This document shows, in pieces, positions 47,987-57,470 of a stretch of DNA of 64,000 nt (positions are counted from its first letter, which is position 1; every line of letters begins with the position of its first letter). Source of the stretch: an uncultured Chitinophagaceae bacterium (GTDB lineage Bacteria; Bacteroidota; Ignavibacteria; UBA10030; UBA8401); NCBI GenBank assembly GCA_964603685.1, contig CAZRWF010000002.1, forward strand, positions 14,667 through 78,666. The letters are read 5' to 3'. The position numbers were made by a program, and so were the translations under genes. The notes beneath the pieces were generated by a model. The model was not told the origin of the DNA, did no database searches, and worked only from the letters and a program-made list of their open reading frames with translations.

Positions 47987-48052
47987 AAAAAAAAAGACAT
48001 TGTCATCGCAGAACGGGATGAACAATGTCTCGATGGTCGGTTTCGATGTATG

Positions 48053-49075
48053 TCATTGAAACGAGATCTCTTTACCCCGTGTGGCTGACTTGTAAATGGC
48101 GTCGACGATTTTCATCCGTTGTACCGCCTCTTGTGCGGTGGAAATAACGGGATGAATCCCGCGCAGTGATCCGGCAAAATGTTTTAATTCGTTTTCATAC
48201 GATTTTTTTAATGCATTTTGCGAGGTATCGGTCTTCACGGGAGTGACGTTGACCACGTTTCCGTGCATTTCTTTATGGATCATCAGCGGATTGATCTTTC
48301 CGCTTCCTTGTTCCCCGTAGATATTGCAATAATACAATTCGTTTTCGATGTGAAAATTCCAGCTGACCTCAATCGTGATCGTTGCGCCGTTTTTCATCGT
48401 CAGATACACCACCGACGAATCTTCCACTTTCGTTTTGTGATTATAGTTCATGGCATTCACCCGCTGCACTTCCGGATATCCCGTCATCCACAACGCGAGA
48501 TCGAGCATAACGATCCCCATATCGAGAAAGACCCCGCCGCCGGACATTTCTTTTTGCTGAAACCATAAACTTTCCGACGATGGTTTTTTCAGCCAGCCCG
48601 CTTTTGCATAGAAGATCTTGCCCAATTCGCTGTTATCGATAAAACTCCGGAGCATCATCGTATCCGGCCGGAATCGATGGTTCATTCCGACCATTAATTT
48701 CCGTTTATTTTTTTTCACCGATTCGGCGATCGCCACGGCCTCTTCCAGCTTGCGGGCAATCGGTTTTTCCACAAACACATCTTTTTTGGATTCGAGACTG
48801 GCGATGGCGATCTCTTTATGGGCATCCGTGGAGGTGCAGATATCGACGGCATGCAGGTCTTCCGATGCCAGCATCTGCTCATAGGAAGTATAATATCGTG
48901 AGATCCCGTATTTTTCCGCAAGGGCGCGTGCACGCGTCTTATCACGGTCGCACACGCATGCGATCTCCACATCGGTTAACTTCGACAAAATGGGCAGATG
49001 GAATACCTGGGCGATCCATCCGAGGCCGACGATTCCGAGTTTCGGCCGCATGACTTTCTGTTCCGATGCACTCAT
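48053..49075 (-). CDS. Gfo/Idh/MocA-family NAD(P)-dependent oxidoreductase
   Basis: Start moved to the ATG at 49075 (MSASEQKVMRPKLGIVGLGWIAQ...), overlapping the dxs stop (ATGA). Rossmann GxGxxA motif and the EKP motif (VFVEKPIA). Confidence 0.85.
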   Translation of the reverse strand: MSASEQKVMRPKLGIVGLGWIAQVFHLPILSKLTDVEIACVCDRDKTRARALAEKYGISRYYTSYEQMLASEDLHAVDICTSTDAHKEIAIASLESKKDVFVEKPIARKLEEAVAIAESVKKNKRKLMVGMNHRFRPDTMMLRSFIDNSELGKIFYAKAGWLKKPSSESLWFQQKEMSGGGVFLDMGIVMLDLALWMTGYPEVQRVNAMNYNHKTKVEDSSVVYLTMKNGATITIEVSWNFHIENELYYCNIYGEQGSGKINPLMIHKEMHGNVVNVTPVKTDTSQNALKKSYENELKHFAGSLRGIHPVISTAQEAVQRMKIVDAIYKSATRGKEISFQ

Positions 49076-51012
49076 TGCGCTTTTCTTCCCGGCAGCTGAG
49101 ATTGCTGCGTCTGTTGTTGATAAAATTCTTTCACCACGGCCGCTATTCCGTTTCCGTCCAATTTTGTCATCTGTAACAGCTCGGCAGGAGTGCCGTGGGG
49201 AACATAACCGTCTGCCAGGCCATGGATCTTTAATTTCACATTGCGGACTTGTAATACGGTCAATGCTTCCGAAACGGCTGATCCGAATCCGCCAAGCACG
49301 CTGTTTTCTTCCACCGTGACGATGGTGGAAAAACGTCCGGCGATCGATTCCAAACATTCAACATCCAACGGCTTGATGAACCGCATGTTCACCACTTCCG
49401 CGAGGATCCCCTCCTTTTCCAAAATTTCCGCCGCCTTCAACGATTGTGCAACCATTGTCCCGACAGCGAGGATCGCAACGTCCTGACCGGAACGAACGCG
49501 TTCTGCCTTCCCGACCGGGATGAGATCGAATTTTTCCTTCAACGCCACGCCGGTAGAATTTCCGCGGGGATATCGAATTGCCACCGGGCAGTTCTTCTGT
49601 TCCACGGCGGTGTACAGCATATCCCGCAGTTCGTTCTCATCCTTCGGCGCCATAATGATCATCTTCGGAACACACCGGAGGAATGAAAGATCCAATGCGC
49701 CGTGATGTGTCGGTCCATCCGCGCCGACCAAACCGGCCCGATCCATGACGAATACCACGTGGAGATCTTGCAACGAAACATCATGAACGATTTGATCAAA
49801 AGCGCGTTGAATAAAAGTGGAATAGATCGCGACGATCGGAATATATCCTTCCGTCGCCATCCCTGCAGCAAAGGTGACGGCGTGCTGTTCGGCGATACCG
49901 ACATCAAAAAACCGTTCCGGCATCGCTTTTTGTAAAATGTCCAATCCGGTCCCATCCGGCATTGCGGCAGTGATGCCGACCACGGTGGGATTCTGGCGGC
50001 AGAGTTCTACAACGGCCGATCCGAAAATTTTGGTGTAGGTTGCAGGAGCGGTCGATTTCGGCGAAAGCCCCGTGATCTTGTCGAACGGCGTCACGCCGTG
50101 CAGTTTCGCCGCGTCTTTCTCCGCCGGTTCGTATCCTTTTCCTTTTTCCGTGATCAGATGAATGAGGATCGGACCCTTCAATTCCTTCACATGCCGGAAA
50201 ATTTCTACCAGCTTTACGACGTTGTGTCCGTTGAACGGACCAAAATACCGGAATCCCATCGCTTCGAACATCATGCCGGGTGTCACCACCGCCTTCACGC
50301 CGCGCTCCAATTTTCCGGCAACACTGCGCAAGCGGTCACCGAATGAATCCAGTTTTCCGGTCAGGTCCCAGACGTTCGCCTTAAACTTATTATAGGTCGG
50401 GTGAGTGAGCGCTTCCGCGAAATAGTTATGCAGCGACCAGAGATTCGGATTGATGGTGGATAGCGATACCATTTTATTGTCGCTCAACACAACGATCATG
50501 TCCTTCTTCAAAACGCCGGCGTTGTTTAATCCTTCGTACGCCATACCGCCGGTCAGCGACCCGTCGCCGACGATCGACACGACCTTAAAATTTTTCTTCG
50601 CAAAATCCCGCGCTGTGGCCATGCCTAATGCCGCGGAGATCGCCGTATTGGCGTGCCCTGCGCCGAACGTGTCATATTCGCTTTCATCCCTGCGCAGAAA
50701 TCCGCTCAAACCGTTCAATTGACGAATGGTATGCAGCCGGTCTTTGCGCCCTGTCAGAATTTTATGTGGGTATGCCTGATGGCCCGTGTCCCACACCAGT
50801 TTATCCTCCGGCGTGTTGAAGGCATAGTGCAATGCTACGGTCAATTCCACGGCGCCGAGTCCTGCTCCCAAATGACCGCCGGTCTTTGATACGGAATCGA
50901 CCAAAAATTCCCGCACTTCACCGCATACCGCCCGTAAAGAGGAAATATCCAGCTTCCGGAGATCGGCGGGTGTATCAATAAATTCTAAAAATTTCGATTG
51001 TGATTTCTCCAT
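49072..51012 (-). CDS. dxs: 1-deoxy-D-xylulose-5-phosphate synthase
   Basis: 646 aa. GGHLGAGLGAVELTVALH, VWDTGHQAYPHK and the GDGSLTGGMAYEGLNN TPP-binding motif. Confidence 0.97.
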   Translation of the reverse strand: MEKSQSKFLEFIDTPADLRKLDISSLRAVCGEVREFLVDSVSKTGGHLGAGLGAVELTVALHYAFNTPEDKLVWDTGHQAYPHKILTGRKDRLHTIRQLNGLSGFLRRDESEYDTFGAGHANTAISAALGMATARDFAKKNFKVVSIVGDGSLTGGMAYEGLNNAGVLKKDMIVVLSDNKMVSLSTINPNLWSLHNYFAEALTHPTYNKFKANVWDLTGKLDSFGDRLRSVAGKLERGVKAVVTPGMMFEAMGFRYFGPFNGHNVVKLVEIFRHVKELKGPILIHLITEKGKGYEPAEKDAAKLHGVTPFDKITGLSPKSTAPATYTKIFGSAVVELCRQNPTVVGITAAMPDGTGLDILQKAMPERFFDVGIAEQHAVTFAAGMATEGYIPIVAIYSTFIQRAFDQIVHDVSLQDLHVVFVMDRAGLVGADGPTHHGALDLSFLRCVPKMIIMAPKDENELRDMLYTAVEQKNCPVAIRYPRGNSTGVALKEKFDLIPVGKAERVRSGQDVAILAVGTMVAQSLKAAEILEKEGILAEVVNMRFIKPLDVECLESIAGRFSTIVTVEENSVLGGFGSAVSEALTVLQVRNVKLKIHGLADGYVPHGTPAELLQMTKLDGNGIAAVVKEFYQQQTQQSQLPGRKAQ

Positions 51013-51248
51013 TACTCTTCAAAATCCGTCAATTGTAAATTCCCGTTAATATCTTTGGTGAGTTGTCGTATCCGAATTTCGGCCTTCGAAAGCGTCTCGG
51101 TGCATTCTTTTGCGAGAGCAATCCCCTCCTCATACAGCGACAATGATTCTTCGAGCGAGACCTCTCCCTGTTCCAGCTGTGAGACGATTTTTTCCAACCG
51201 GCTTAATGATTGTTCGAACGATTGTTTTTGTCCTTTTTTTGACATCAT
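51012..51248 (-). CDS. xseB: exodeoxyribonuclease VII small subunit
   Basis: 78 aa with FEQSLSRLEKIVSQLEQGEVSLEESLSLYEEGIAL, the typical XseB helix-hairpin. Confidence 0.9.
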   Translation of the reverse strand: MMSKKGQKQSFEQSLSRLEKIVSQLEQGEVSLEESLSLYEEGIALAKECTETLSKAEIRIRQLTKDINGNLQLTDFEE

Positions 51249-52441
51249 TCTCTCCGGTCCGAAATTTCCACCTGCACCGATCCGTCATTGAGTTCCACGG
51301 TTGCCGGAACGTCCCGTGTCAAACGACGGACCGACGAAACGATTTTTCCGTTTTGCCGGAGGATCGAATATCCCCTTTTCAAAACCTTCCGTGGATCCAA
51401 TGCACCGATTCTTGCCGCCAGTGAGCCGACCGTTTGATGAATCAATCGGTAATGATGCACCGCGGACCGATCCAGGCGGTGTTGCAGTTCGTCGATCAGT
51501 TGGCCGCGTTGGCGGAGGATATCATGCGGCTTGTGAAATGAATAACTGTGAGTATGCTGCGCTATGCGATGTTTGTATGATTCGACGGTCGATGTCATTG
51601 AAGTATTCATAGTATAGCAATAATTGCGAATAAGTTCAACGACATCGCTGCGGTCCTTCACCGCCATTTCCGCGGCAGCTGAGGGGGTTGGAGCGCGTAA
51701 ATCGGCGACAAAATCACAGATACTGTAATCGATCTCGTGGCCCACGGCGCTGATCACCGGAATAACGGAGGCAAAAACCGCCCGGGCGACCGGTTCTTCG
51801 TTGAATGCCCAGAGGTCCTCCATCGATCCGCCGCCGCGCCCGACGATCATTACGTCCACCGATTTGTTCTCATTCAGCAGCCGGATTGCTTCGGCGATTT
51901 CTTCCGCCGCACCGACACCCTGCACTTTTACCGGAACCACGATCGCTTCCACGGCAGGCATTCGGCGGCGAAGTACGGTGAGAATATCGTGAATTGCCGC
52001 GCCGGTCGGCGACGTAACGATGCCGATCGCTCGTGGAAAATCCGGTATCGGTTTTTTTCGTTCGGCATCGAATAACCCTTCGTCGAGGAGTTTTTGTTTC
52101 AGCTGTTCGAAGGCAATCTGCAGTTCCCCTTTGCCGATCGGCTGGATCTGAAGACAATCAATTTGGTAACTTCCGCGTGGTTCGTAGACCGTCACATTGC
52201 CGCGCACCATCACTTTCATTCCGTCGCTCGGCCGAAACAACAACTGCGACACCCTGCTGCGCCACATCACGCCGGCAATTTGGGACGTTTCATCATTTAA
52301 CGAAAAATAAAAATGCCCGGAGGAATGTAATTTGCAGTTGGAGATTTCTCCCTGCACCCAAATTCCGGAGAAACCGAGTTCCAGCACTCCTTTGATCTGT
52401 CGGGTCAACTCGCTAACGGTGATGATTTTTTGTTCCGGCAT
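51245..52441 (-). CDS. xseA: exodeoxyribonuclease VII large subunit
   Basis: Start moved to the ATG at 52441 (MPEQKIITVSELTRQIKGVLE...). OB-fold N-terminus (WVQGEISNCKLHSSGHFYFSL) and catalytic region GRGGGSMEDLWAFN. Confidence 0.92.
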   Translation of the reverse strand: MPEQKIITVSELTRQIKGVLELGFSGIWVQGEISNCKLHSSGHFYFSLNDETSQIAGVMWRSRVSQLLFRPSDGMKVMVRGNVTVYEPRGSYQIDCLQIQPIGKGELQIAFEQLKQKLLDEGLFDAERKKPIPDFPRAIGIVTSPTGAAIHDILTVLRRRMPAVEAIVVPVKVQGVGAAEEIAEAIRLLNENKSVDVMIVGRGGGSMEDLWAFNEEPVARAVFASVIPVISAVGHEIDYSICDFVADLRAPTPSAAAEMAVKDRSDVVELIRNYCYTMNTSMTSTVESYKHRIAQHTHSYSFHKPHDILRQRGQLIDELQHRLDRSAVHHYRLIHQTVGSLAARIGALDPRKVLKRGYSILRQNGKIVSSVRRLTRDVPATVELNDGSVQVEISDRRE

Positions 52442-52501
52442 GCAATAATATACAAAAGAGTGCGAATAAGAGAAACGTTCCGTATATTCAAAATAAAAAC
52501 A

Positions 52502-53221
52502 ATGAAACTTGATCTTCTTGCAATCGGCGCGCACCCTGATGATATCGAATTGTCGTGTGCCGCCACCGTAGCCAAAGTAAGCCGGTCCGGCAAAAAGACC
52601 GGCATCATCGATCTGACGGAGGGCGAATTAGGCACCCGCGGAACCAAAACGATCCGAAAGCGAGAAGCGGAGGCGGCGGCGGCGATTCTGGGAGTTTCGG
52701 AGCGTGCGAGCTTGGGCCTGCCGGATGGAAATATTGAAGTGAATCAAAAAAACATCCATCGATTGATTCAACTGATCCGCCACTATCAACCGGAGGTCCT
52801 GCTGATTCCCCATTGGCAGGAGCGGCATCCTGACCATGAACATGCTCACCGCCTTTGCCGGGAAGCATGGTTTTACAGCGGATTGGAAAAGATCCCGACC
52901 ACCTTCCGGGGGAAAAAACAGGAACCGTTCCGTCCGAAGAAATATTTTCACTTCATGCAAAAATACGAATTCACCCCCACCTTCATCGTGGATGTGTCGG
53001 AAACGTATGAGCTGAAGCAGCGCTCATTGGCCGCTTTCGAATCGCAGTTCTACAATCCTCGCAGTAAGGAGCGGGAAACGATGCTTTCTTCAAAATTGTT
53101 TTTGGAATCGATCTTTGCCCGCGACCGCCATTTCGGAAGTTTGATCAATGTCGCCTACGGGGAACCGTTTTACAGCCTGGAACCACTCGGCCTTCATTCA
53201 TTTTTTGATCTGTCGATGTAG
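52502..53221 (+). CDS. bshB1: PIG-L/LmbE-family deacetylase, bacillithiol biosynthesis BshB1-like
   Basis: Start moved to the ATG at 52502 (MKLDLLAIGAHPDDIELSCAATVAK...). AHPDD and HPDH zinc-ligand motifs; TEGELGTRG is characteristic of BshB1 as I recall. Confidence 0.8.
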   Translation: MKLDLLAIGAHPDDIELSCAATVAKVSRSGKKTGIIDLTEGELGTRGTKTIRKREAEAAAAILGVSERASLGLPDGNIEVNQKNIHRLIQLIRHYQPEVLLIPHWQERHPDHEHAHRLCREAWFYSGLEKIPTTFRGKKQEPFRPKKYFHFMQKYEFTPTFIVDVSETYELKQRSLAAFESQFYNPRSKERETMLSSKLFLESIFARDRHFGSLINVAYGEPFYSLEPLGLHSFFDLSM

Positions 53222-53229
53222 GAGTACGT

Positions 53230-53853
53230 ATGAAATGTTCTCGTTGCGGTGTTCAACAATTGAGTACGGCGGTCGTCTGCTTAAACTGCGGTAACGTGTT
53301 GAAAGTGATCGAACCCACCGCAGAGCAGCGGTGGATCAAGCGAATCTCCATGGCTGTTTTGGCCGCCGTGTTGATTGCCGGCATCGGATATTTTGCCGCG
53401 ACGATCGGACGATCCTATCATCCGGTGATTGACAATCAACCGTCGGTCGGTTATGGTGTTTCCGCAGCTCCGGGAAAAATCAAAAGCGGAATGACCTCGG
53501 CAAGGATCGATGGTAACGACATCGTCGTGGATGCCGATGTGGTCAATAATTACCGCATCGTTCGTGTCAACGATCCGGAAGGGATTCAAACGATCCCGAT
53601 CTTATTATACGTCACTCCGCGCGGAAAAATCGTGACGGCGATGAGTATCAGTGAATCGTGCCGTTCCAACGATTTTTATCTGGACGGAAACAACATCCAT
53701 TGTGCGAATTGTCCCTCCTATTGGAATATGGAAAGTTTGGAGGCGTATGCGTGCTGCCAGCGGTATTATCCGGAACCGATACCGAGCACAAAGGTCGGCG
53801 GCGTTATCCGGATCAATAAAGAAATGGTGCAGAATTGGCGGACGCGATTGTAA
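53230..53853 (+). CDS. membrane protein with N-terminal zinc ribbon and DUF2318-like Cys-rich extracytoplasmic domain
   Basis: 207 aa. MKCSRCGVQQLSTAVVCLNCG, one TM helix, then ...SISESCRSNDFYLDGNNIHCANCPSYWNMESLEAYACCQRYYPEPIP, which resembles the DUF2318 pattern (Cys-x-...GY-x-G-x-x-x-C-x-x-C). AGGAG SD. Family call tentative. Confidence 0.55.
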   Translation: MKCSRCGVQQLSTAVVCLNCGNVLKVIEPTAEQRWIKRISMAVLAAVLIAGIGYFAATIGRSYHPVIDNQPSVGYGVSAAPGKIKSGMTSARIDGNDIVVDADVVNNYRIVRVNDPEGIQTIPILLYVTPRGKIVTAMSISESCRSNDFYLDGNNIHCANCPSYWNMESLEAYACCQRYYPEPIPSTKVGGVIRINKEMVQNWRTRL

Positions 53854-53886
53854 GATCGTTCGTCCGCCCTGTATCGACCTGCAGAA

Positions 53887-56214
53887 TTATGCGGCGGTTT
53901 TCGAAACTTCCTGAATTCTTCGTACGATCGTAATGACAAACCCTCCGATCAGAATCACCGTTCCGATCCACACGAGGTTAATGAACGGCTTGACACTCGC
54001 TTCCACCACCAGCGTCTCCACGGACGGCCCTTTGGCGGGCGTCTCTTCATGCAGTCCTTCGACCGTAACGGTTACACTCGCTTCGTTGTCGTTCGGACTC
54101 GGATTCATCCCTTTGATCGTCAACCGGATGTCGGAATCCGGCAACGGTGCCGGCGTGAAGGTCACCTCTCCTTGCATATTGGACATGGTCGGCTGGACCA
54201 AATATTTTTTTCCGTCTTTCGTCACTTCCAGATCGACGATTAAATAATTTCCTTTTTCCTTGGTTTGAGTGAACCGGTAGTCCTTATAGGTAATACTCAG
54301 TCCTTCCGTTGATTCGGTCTTTCCCTTCAAAATCGTCACACTGTGATCGTGTCCCCCTTGTTCCGGGACCTCCAGCGACAGCGGTGAAACATAAAAATCT
54401 TTGGTCAACAAATTGACGATGTCGGGATTTCTGATTAAAGATCCTTCATCGCTTTCTTTGAACATCACCGGAGTGACGGTAAACATCGATCCGTCGGCAT
54501 TCCGCACCTCTACCGTAAATCCGAACCGTCCACGCTCCATGGGTTGATAGCCGACGTATTTTAATGAATACCCAAGTGCTTCGACCACTTTTCCCTGTTC
54601 AAGGTTGACCGTTTTTACATCGTCGTACTTTGCGGATGCGACGAAGCCGACAAACATCACGGCAATTCCGATATGCGCCAGCGCACCGCCGGCCATCTTC
54701 GGATTCCCCTGTACGATCCGATAACCGCACAGGATATTTGTGAAGAGACTAAATGATGAAGCGAATAAAAAGATAATCATCGAAAGATGAGTCGCACCCA
54801 TAATGAATGTGATGACCGTAAATACACCAGCCAGCACCGCCGGCCAAAGCAGCTGTCGCAACAATGCCGCTGAACGAGAATTTTGCCACCACAATAACTG
54901 ACCGATACCCGAGAGAAATGCGATGGCGACGCCGAGCGGCAATGTGGTCGTCACATAGAACGAGGGATCAACGGCGGAGATTTTTCCTTTCAAAATGTTT
55001 GTGATAATTGGGGACGATGTCCCGATCAAAATGAAAATCGAAGCGAACACGAGCGATGCCGCTCCCAAAAACAAAGCGAATTCCCGCGAGACCAATGTGT
55101 GTTGCACCGGAACGACCGGCATTTCTTTCCATCGGAGGAACAACAATCCGAAGCCGACGGTTGCAAACGTTGCAATCACAATCAAAAGCAACCAATACAC
55201 CCACATTCCGGGATCGACGAACGAATGGACCGAAGTTTCTCCCAACACACCGCTTCGAGTCAAAAATGTCGAATATAATACCAGAATGAAGCAGAGCATA
55301 CTCAACACAAAATTCGTTTTGATGTATGTGCCGTTCTTTCGTTGTGCGAGCATCGTGTGAATGGAGGCAACGCAGACCAACCACGGTACCAATGAGGAAT
55401 TTTCCACCGGATCCCAGCCCCAATATCCACCCCAGCCGAGCGTTTCATACGCCCAATATCCTCCTAAGATGATTCCGGTCCCGAGCATTAACGATCCGAA
55501 CACGGTCCACGGTGTCGCCACTTTGATCCAGCTGACATAATCCCTTTTCAGCATCGCGGATACGGCATATGCGAACGGAATGGACATGGAGGTGAAACCG
55601 ACAAAAAGAATTTGCGGATGAATCACCATCCAATAGTTCTGGAGAAGCGCATTCAGACCTTTCCCTTCCACCGGTATTTGCGCCCATAGTCCGCGTGCCT
55701 GATCGACCCAAATAAATTGCGAGATAGTGGAGGGAATGTCGCCGACCTTCAACAACTCGTTCGGAAATTGTTCCCAGATCGGTTTAAAAGGACTTTTGAC
55801 TACCAGCATCAGGATCAAAAACGAGAAGATGGCGGAAAAGACCGTCATAAATTCCGCTTCGTATCCGCGTTTGGCGGTATACCGCAACAACACGGTACCG
55901 ATGATGCCGGTATACAACGCCCACAAGAGAAAACTCCCTTCCTGGCCGGCGTAGAATGTCGATATCAATAAGGAGAGCGGAAGATCGGTGGAACTGTAGT
56001 TCCAGACGTAATGATATTGAAATTGATGCGTGAGGATGGCATTTAATAGAAGCGCCGAAGCGGTGATAATGGAAATCACGGCGACTTCATAAAATAGCCG
56101 TGCATATTTTTGCACGGCATCCGACGGGCGTCGATGCTGAATATAATATAGTACGGTGGAAAGGATCGATGCGGCAAATCCGATCTTGATCGCAATAGCT
56201 CCGAACATGTTCAC
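53887..56214 (-). CDS. ccmF: cytochrome c maturation haem lyase subunit CcmF
   Basis: 775 aa, polytopic. WWD motif WGGYWGWDPVENSSL, conserved His residues flanking it, and a large C-terminal periplasmic domain followed by a final TM. Track start is a GTG; an ATG lies two codons later. Confidence 0.92.
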   Translation of the reverse strand: MNMFGAIAIKIGFAASILSTVLYYIQHRRPSDAVQKYARLFYEVAVISIITASALLLNAILTHQFQYHYVWNYSSTDLPLSLLISTFYAGQEGSFLLWALYTGIIGTVLLRYTAKRGYEAEFMTVFSAIFSFLILMLVVKSPFKPIWEQFPNELLKVGDIPSTISQFIWVDQARGLWAQIPVEGKGLNALLQNYWMVIHPQILFVGFTSMSIPFAYAVSAMLKRDYVSWIKVATPWTVFGSLMLGTGIILGGYWAYETLGWGGYWGWDPVENSSLVPWLVCVASIHTMLAQRKNGTYIKTNFVLSMLCFILVLYSTFLTRSGVLGETSVHSFVDPGMWVYWLLLIVIATFATVGFGLLFLRWKEMPVVPVQHTLVSREFALFLGAASLVFASIFILIGTSSPIITNILKGKISAVDPSFYVTTTLPLGVAIAFLSGIGQLLWWQNSRSAALLRQLLWPAVLAGVFTVITFIMGATHLSMIIFLFASSFSLFTNILCGYRIVQGNPKMAGGALAHIGIAVMFVGFVASAKYDDVKTVNLEQGKVVEALGYSLKYVGYQPMERGRFGFTVEVRNADGSMFTVTPVMFKESDEGSLIRNPDIVNLLTKDFYVSPLSLEVPEQGGHDHSVTILKGKTESTEGLSITYKDYRFTQTKEKGNYLIVDLEVTKDGKKYLVQPTMSNMQGEVTFTPAPLPDSDIRLTIKGMNPSPNDNEASVTVTVEGLHEETPAKGPSVETLVVEASVKPFINLVWIGTVILIGGFVITIVRRIQEVSKTAA

Positions 56215-56215
56215 C

Positions 56216-56605
56216 TCAAAGTGTTTTTCTTACGGTTTCCCCGTCCCCTTCATACTTTGAAGGACATTTCGTTAACAGCTCATTCGCATGAAAATATCCG
56301 TCCTTAAAACGGCCTTTGGCGACCACTTCCGTCGCGATCTCGAAGTTGTTCGGTTTTGCTCCATCGAGCACCACTTTTACTTCCTGTTGATTGTCATCCA
56401 CCATATAAAATGTGAATTGGGATTTTTGGGCGTCGAAGAATGATTCTTTTTCCTTCACCCACTTCCCTTTCACCTGCACTTTTTTGGTGACCGACTGTGC
56501 TTTAGAAAAATCCATGTATTCGATATTACTTTCCATAAACGTCGTCGCACCGAAAACGAGCGCAACAACGATCACGATTGCCGCAACAATGATCTTCACG
56601 TTCAT
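56216..56605 (-). CDS. ccmE: cytochrome c maturation haem chaperone CcmE, CxxxY variant
   Basis: 129 aa. N-terminal TM anchor, OB-fold body (VQVKGKWV..., VKVVLDG.KPNNF), and a C-terminal loop LLTKCPSKYEG where canonical CcmE has HxxxY. Confidence 0.85.
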   Translation of the reverse strand: MNVKIIVAAIVIVVALVFGATTFMESNIEYMDFSKAQSVTKKVQVKGKWVKEKESFFDAQKSQFTFYMVDDNQQEVKVVLDGAKPNNFEIATEVVAKGRFKDGYFHANELLTKCPSKYEGDGETVRKTL

Positions 56606-56615
56606 ACAATGACCT

Positions 56616-56747
56616 TTATTTTTTCAGTTGTTCTTCCAGTTTTTTAATTTTTGCATCCAATCGGAAAAGATAACCCAAAAAACCGAACCAGATGCTCAGT
56701 ACGATGAATAACACGATGTACAATTGATGTTGAGAGAGAAATTCCAC
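56616..56747 (-). CDS. ccmD: CcmD-like small membrane protein
   Basis: The track ORF (ATG at 56822) overlaps ccmC by 73 nt. An in-frame GTG at 56747, 2 nt after the ccmC stop, gives 43 aa (MEFLSQHQLYIVLFIVLSIWFGFLGYLFRLDAKIKKLEEQLKK): one TM helix plus a basic tail, in the CcmD position. Confidence 0.45.
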   Translation of the reverse strand: MEFLSQHQLYIVLFIVLSIWFGFLGYLFRLDAKIKKLEEQLKK

Positions 56748-56749
56748 GG

Positions 56750-57463
56750 TTAACCCCGGTCTTGTTGTTCTGACAAAATCCGTTCGATCCGTAAGGATCG
56801 AAGTTTGAGCGAATACATCCAAAAATATAACACCGTAAATCCGAACAATGATCCTAAAAAGACCACCAGCATGTTCGTCGACATTTTAAGTTCCAATACC
56901 GGACCCGAACCCGATTCATCGCCGAGTGAGCCGGGGTGCAATCCAGACATCATTCGCGGCATCACGAAGATAAAAAACGGCACGGTTAAGCCGGCAATGA
57001 TCGCATAGACCGACGATAATTTTGCCCGCTGCGTCTCTTCGTCGATGGCAGACCGGAGGACAAAATACGCACCATAAATCAGCAAAAGAATAAAGATCGA
57101 TGTTTGACGGGGATCCCAGTTCCAATACGCACCCCAATTGAATTTTGCCCACACTGCCCCGGTAAATGTCGCCAGAAGACAGAGCAGCATTCCCAATCCG
57201 GCAGACGCAACGGACCGGAGATCATACTCCGGGTCATTATTGCGGAGATATTGGATACCCCACCACATGGACATGATAAATGCGACAACGGTCGTCCATG
57301 CCATGGGAACATGAAATAAAATATTCCGCGCTTTCTCTTCCAATCCGGGTATCAGCGGAAACTGCCACCAATGCTCCCGCAGCGGCACCATAGGGAACGA
57401 AAGGGCGACAACAATAATTCCCGTCAACCACACCGAAACAGCGATCTTCAACCATTGTTTCAT
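56750..57463 (-). CDS. ccmC: haem exporter / haem-handling protein CcmC
   Basis: Track start is a TTG at 57487 overlapping ccmB; the ATG at 57463 (MKQWLKIAVSVWL...) has a GGAAGGA SD. WWD motif WGAYWNWDPRQTS. Confidence 0.9.
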   Translation of the reverse strand: MKQWLKIAVSVWLTGIIVVALSFPMVPLREHWWQFPLIPGLEEKARNILFHVPMAWTTVVAFIMSMWWGIQYLRNNDPEYDLRSVASAGLGMLLCLLATFTGAVWAKFNWGAYWNWDPRQTSIFILLLIYGAYFVLRSAIDEETQRAKLSSVYAIIAGLTVPFFIFVMPRMMSGLHPGSLGDESGSGPVLELKMSTNMLVVFLGSLFGFTVLYFWMYSLKLRSLRIERILSEQQDRG

Positions 57464-57470
57464 AGTTTTA

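Noticed and set aside
47987-48052. FMN riboswitch upstream of ribD (and of ribE)
   Set aside because: Only about 66 nt are available before ribD and 3 nt before ribE. An RFN element needs roughly 140 nt, and no conserved RFN core is visible.
56161-56221. Apparent one-base mismatch between my hand reading of the printed sequence and the ORF track at the ccmE stop / ccmF start. My reading gives ...KTPLR* and a shifted GTG.
   Set aside because: The ORF track gives intact, in-frame ccmE and ccmF with sensible ends, and every other junction I checked agrees with the track. I treat this as my own reading error across line breaks, not a frameshift or pseudogene. Track coordinates are used.
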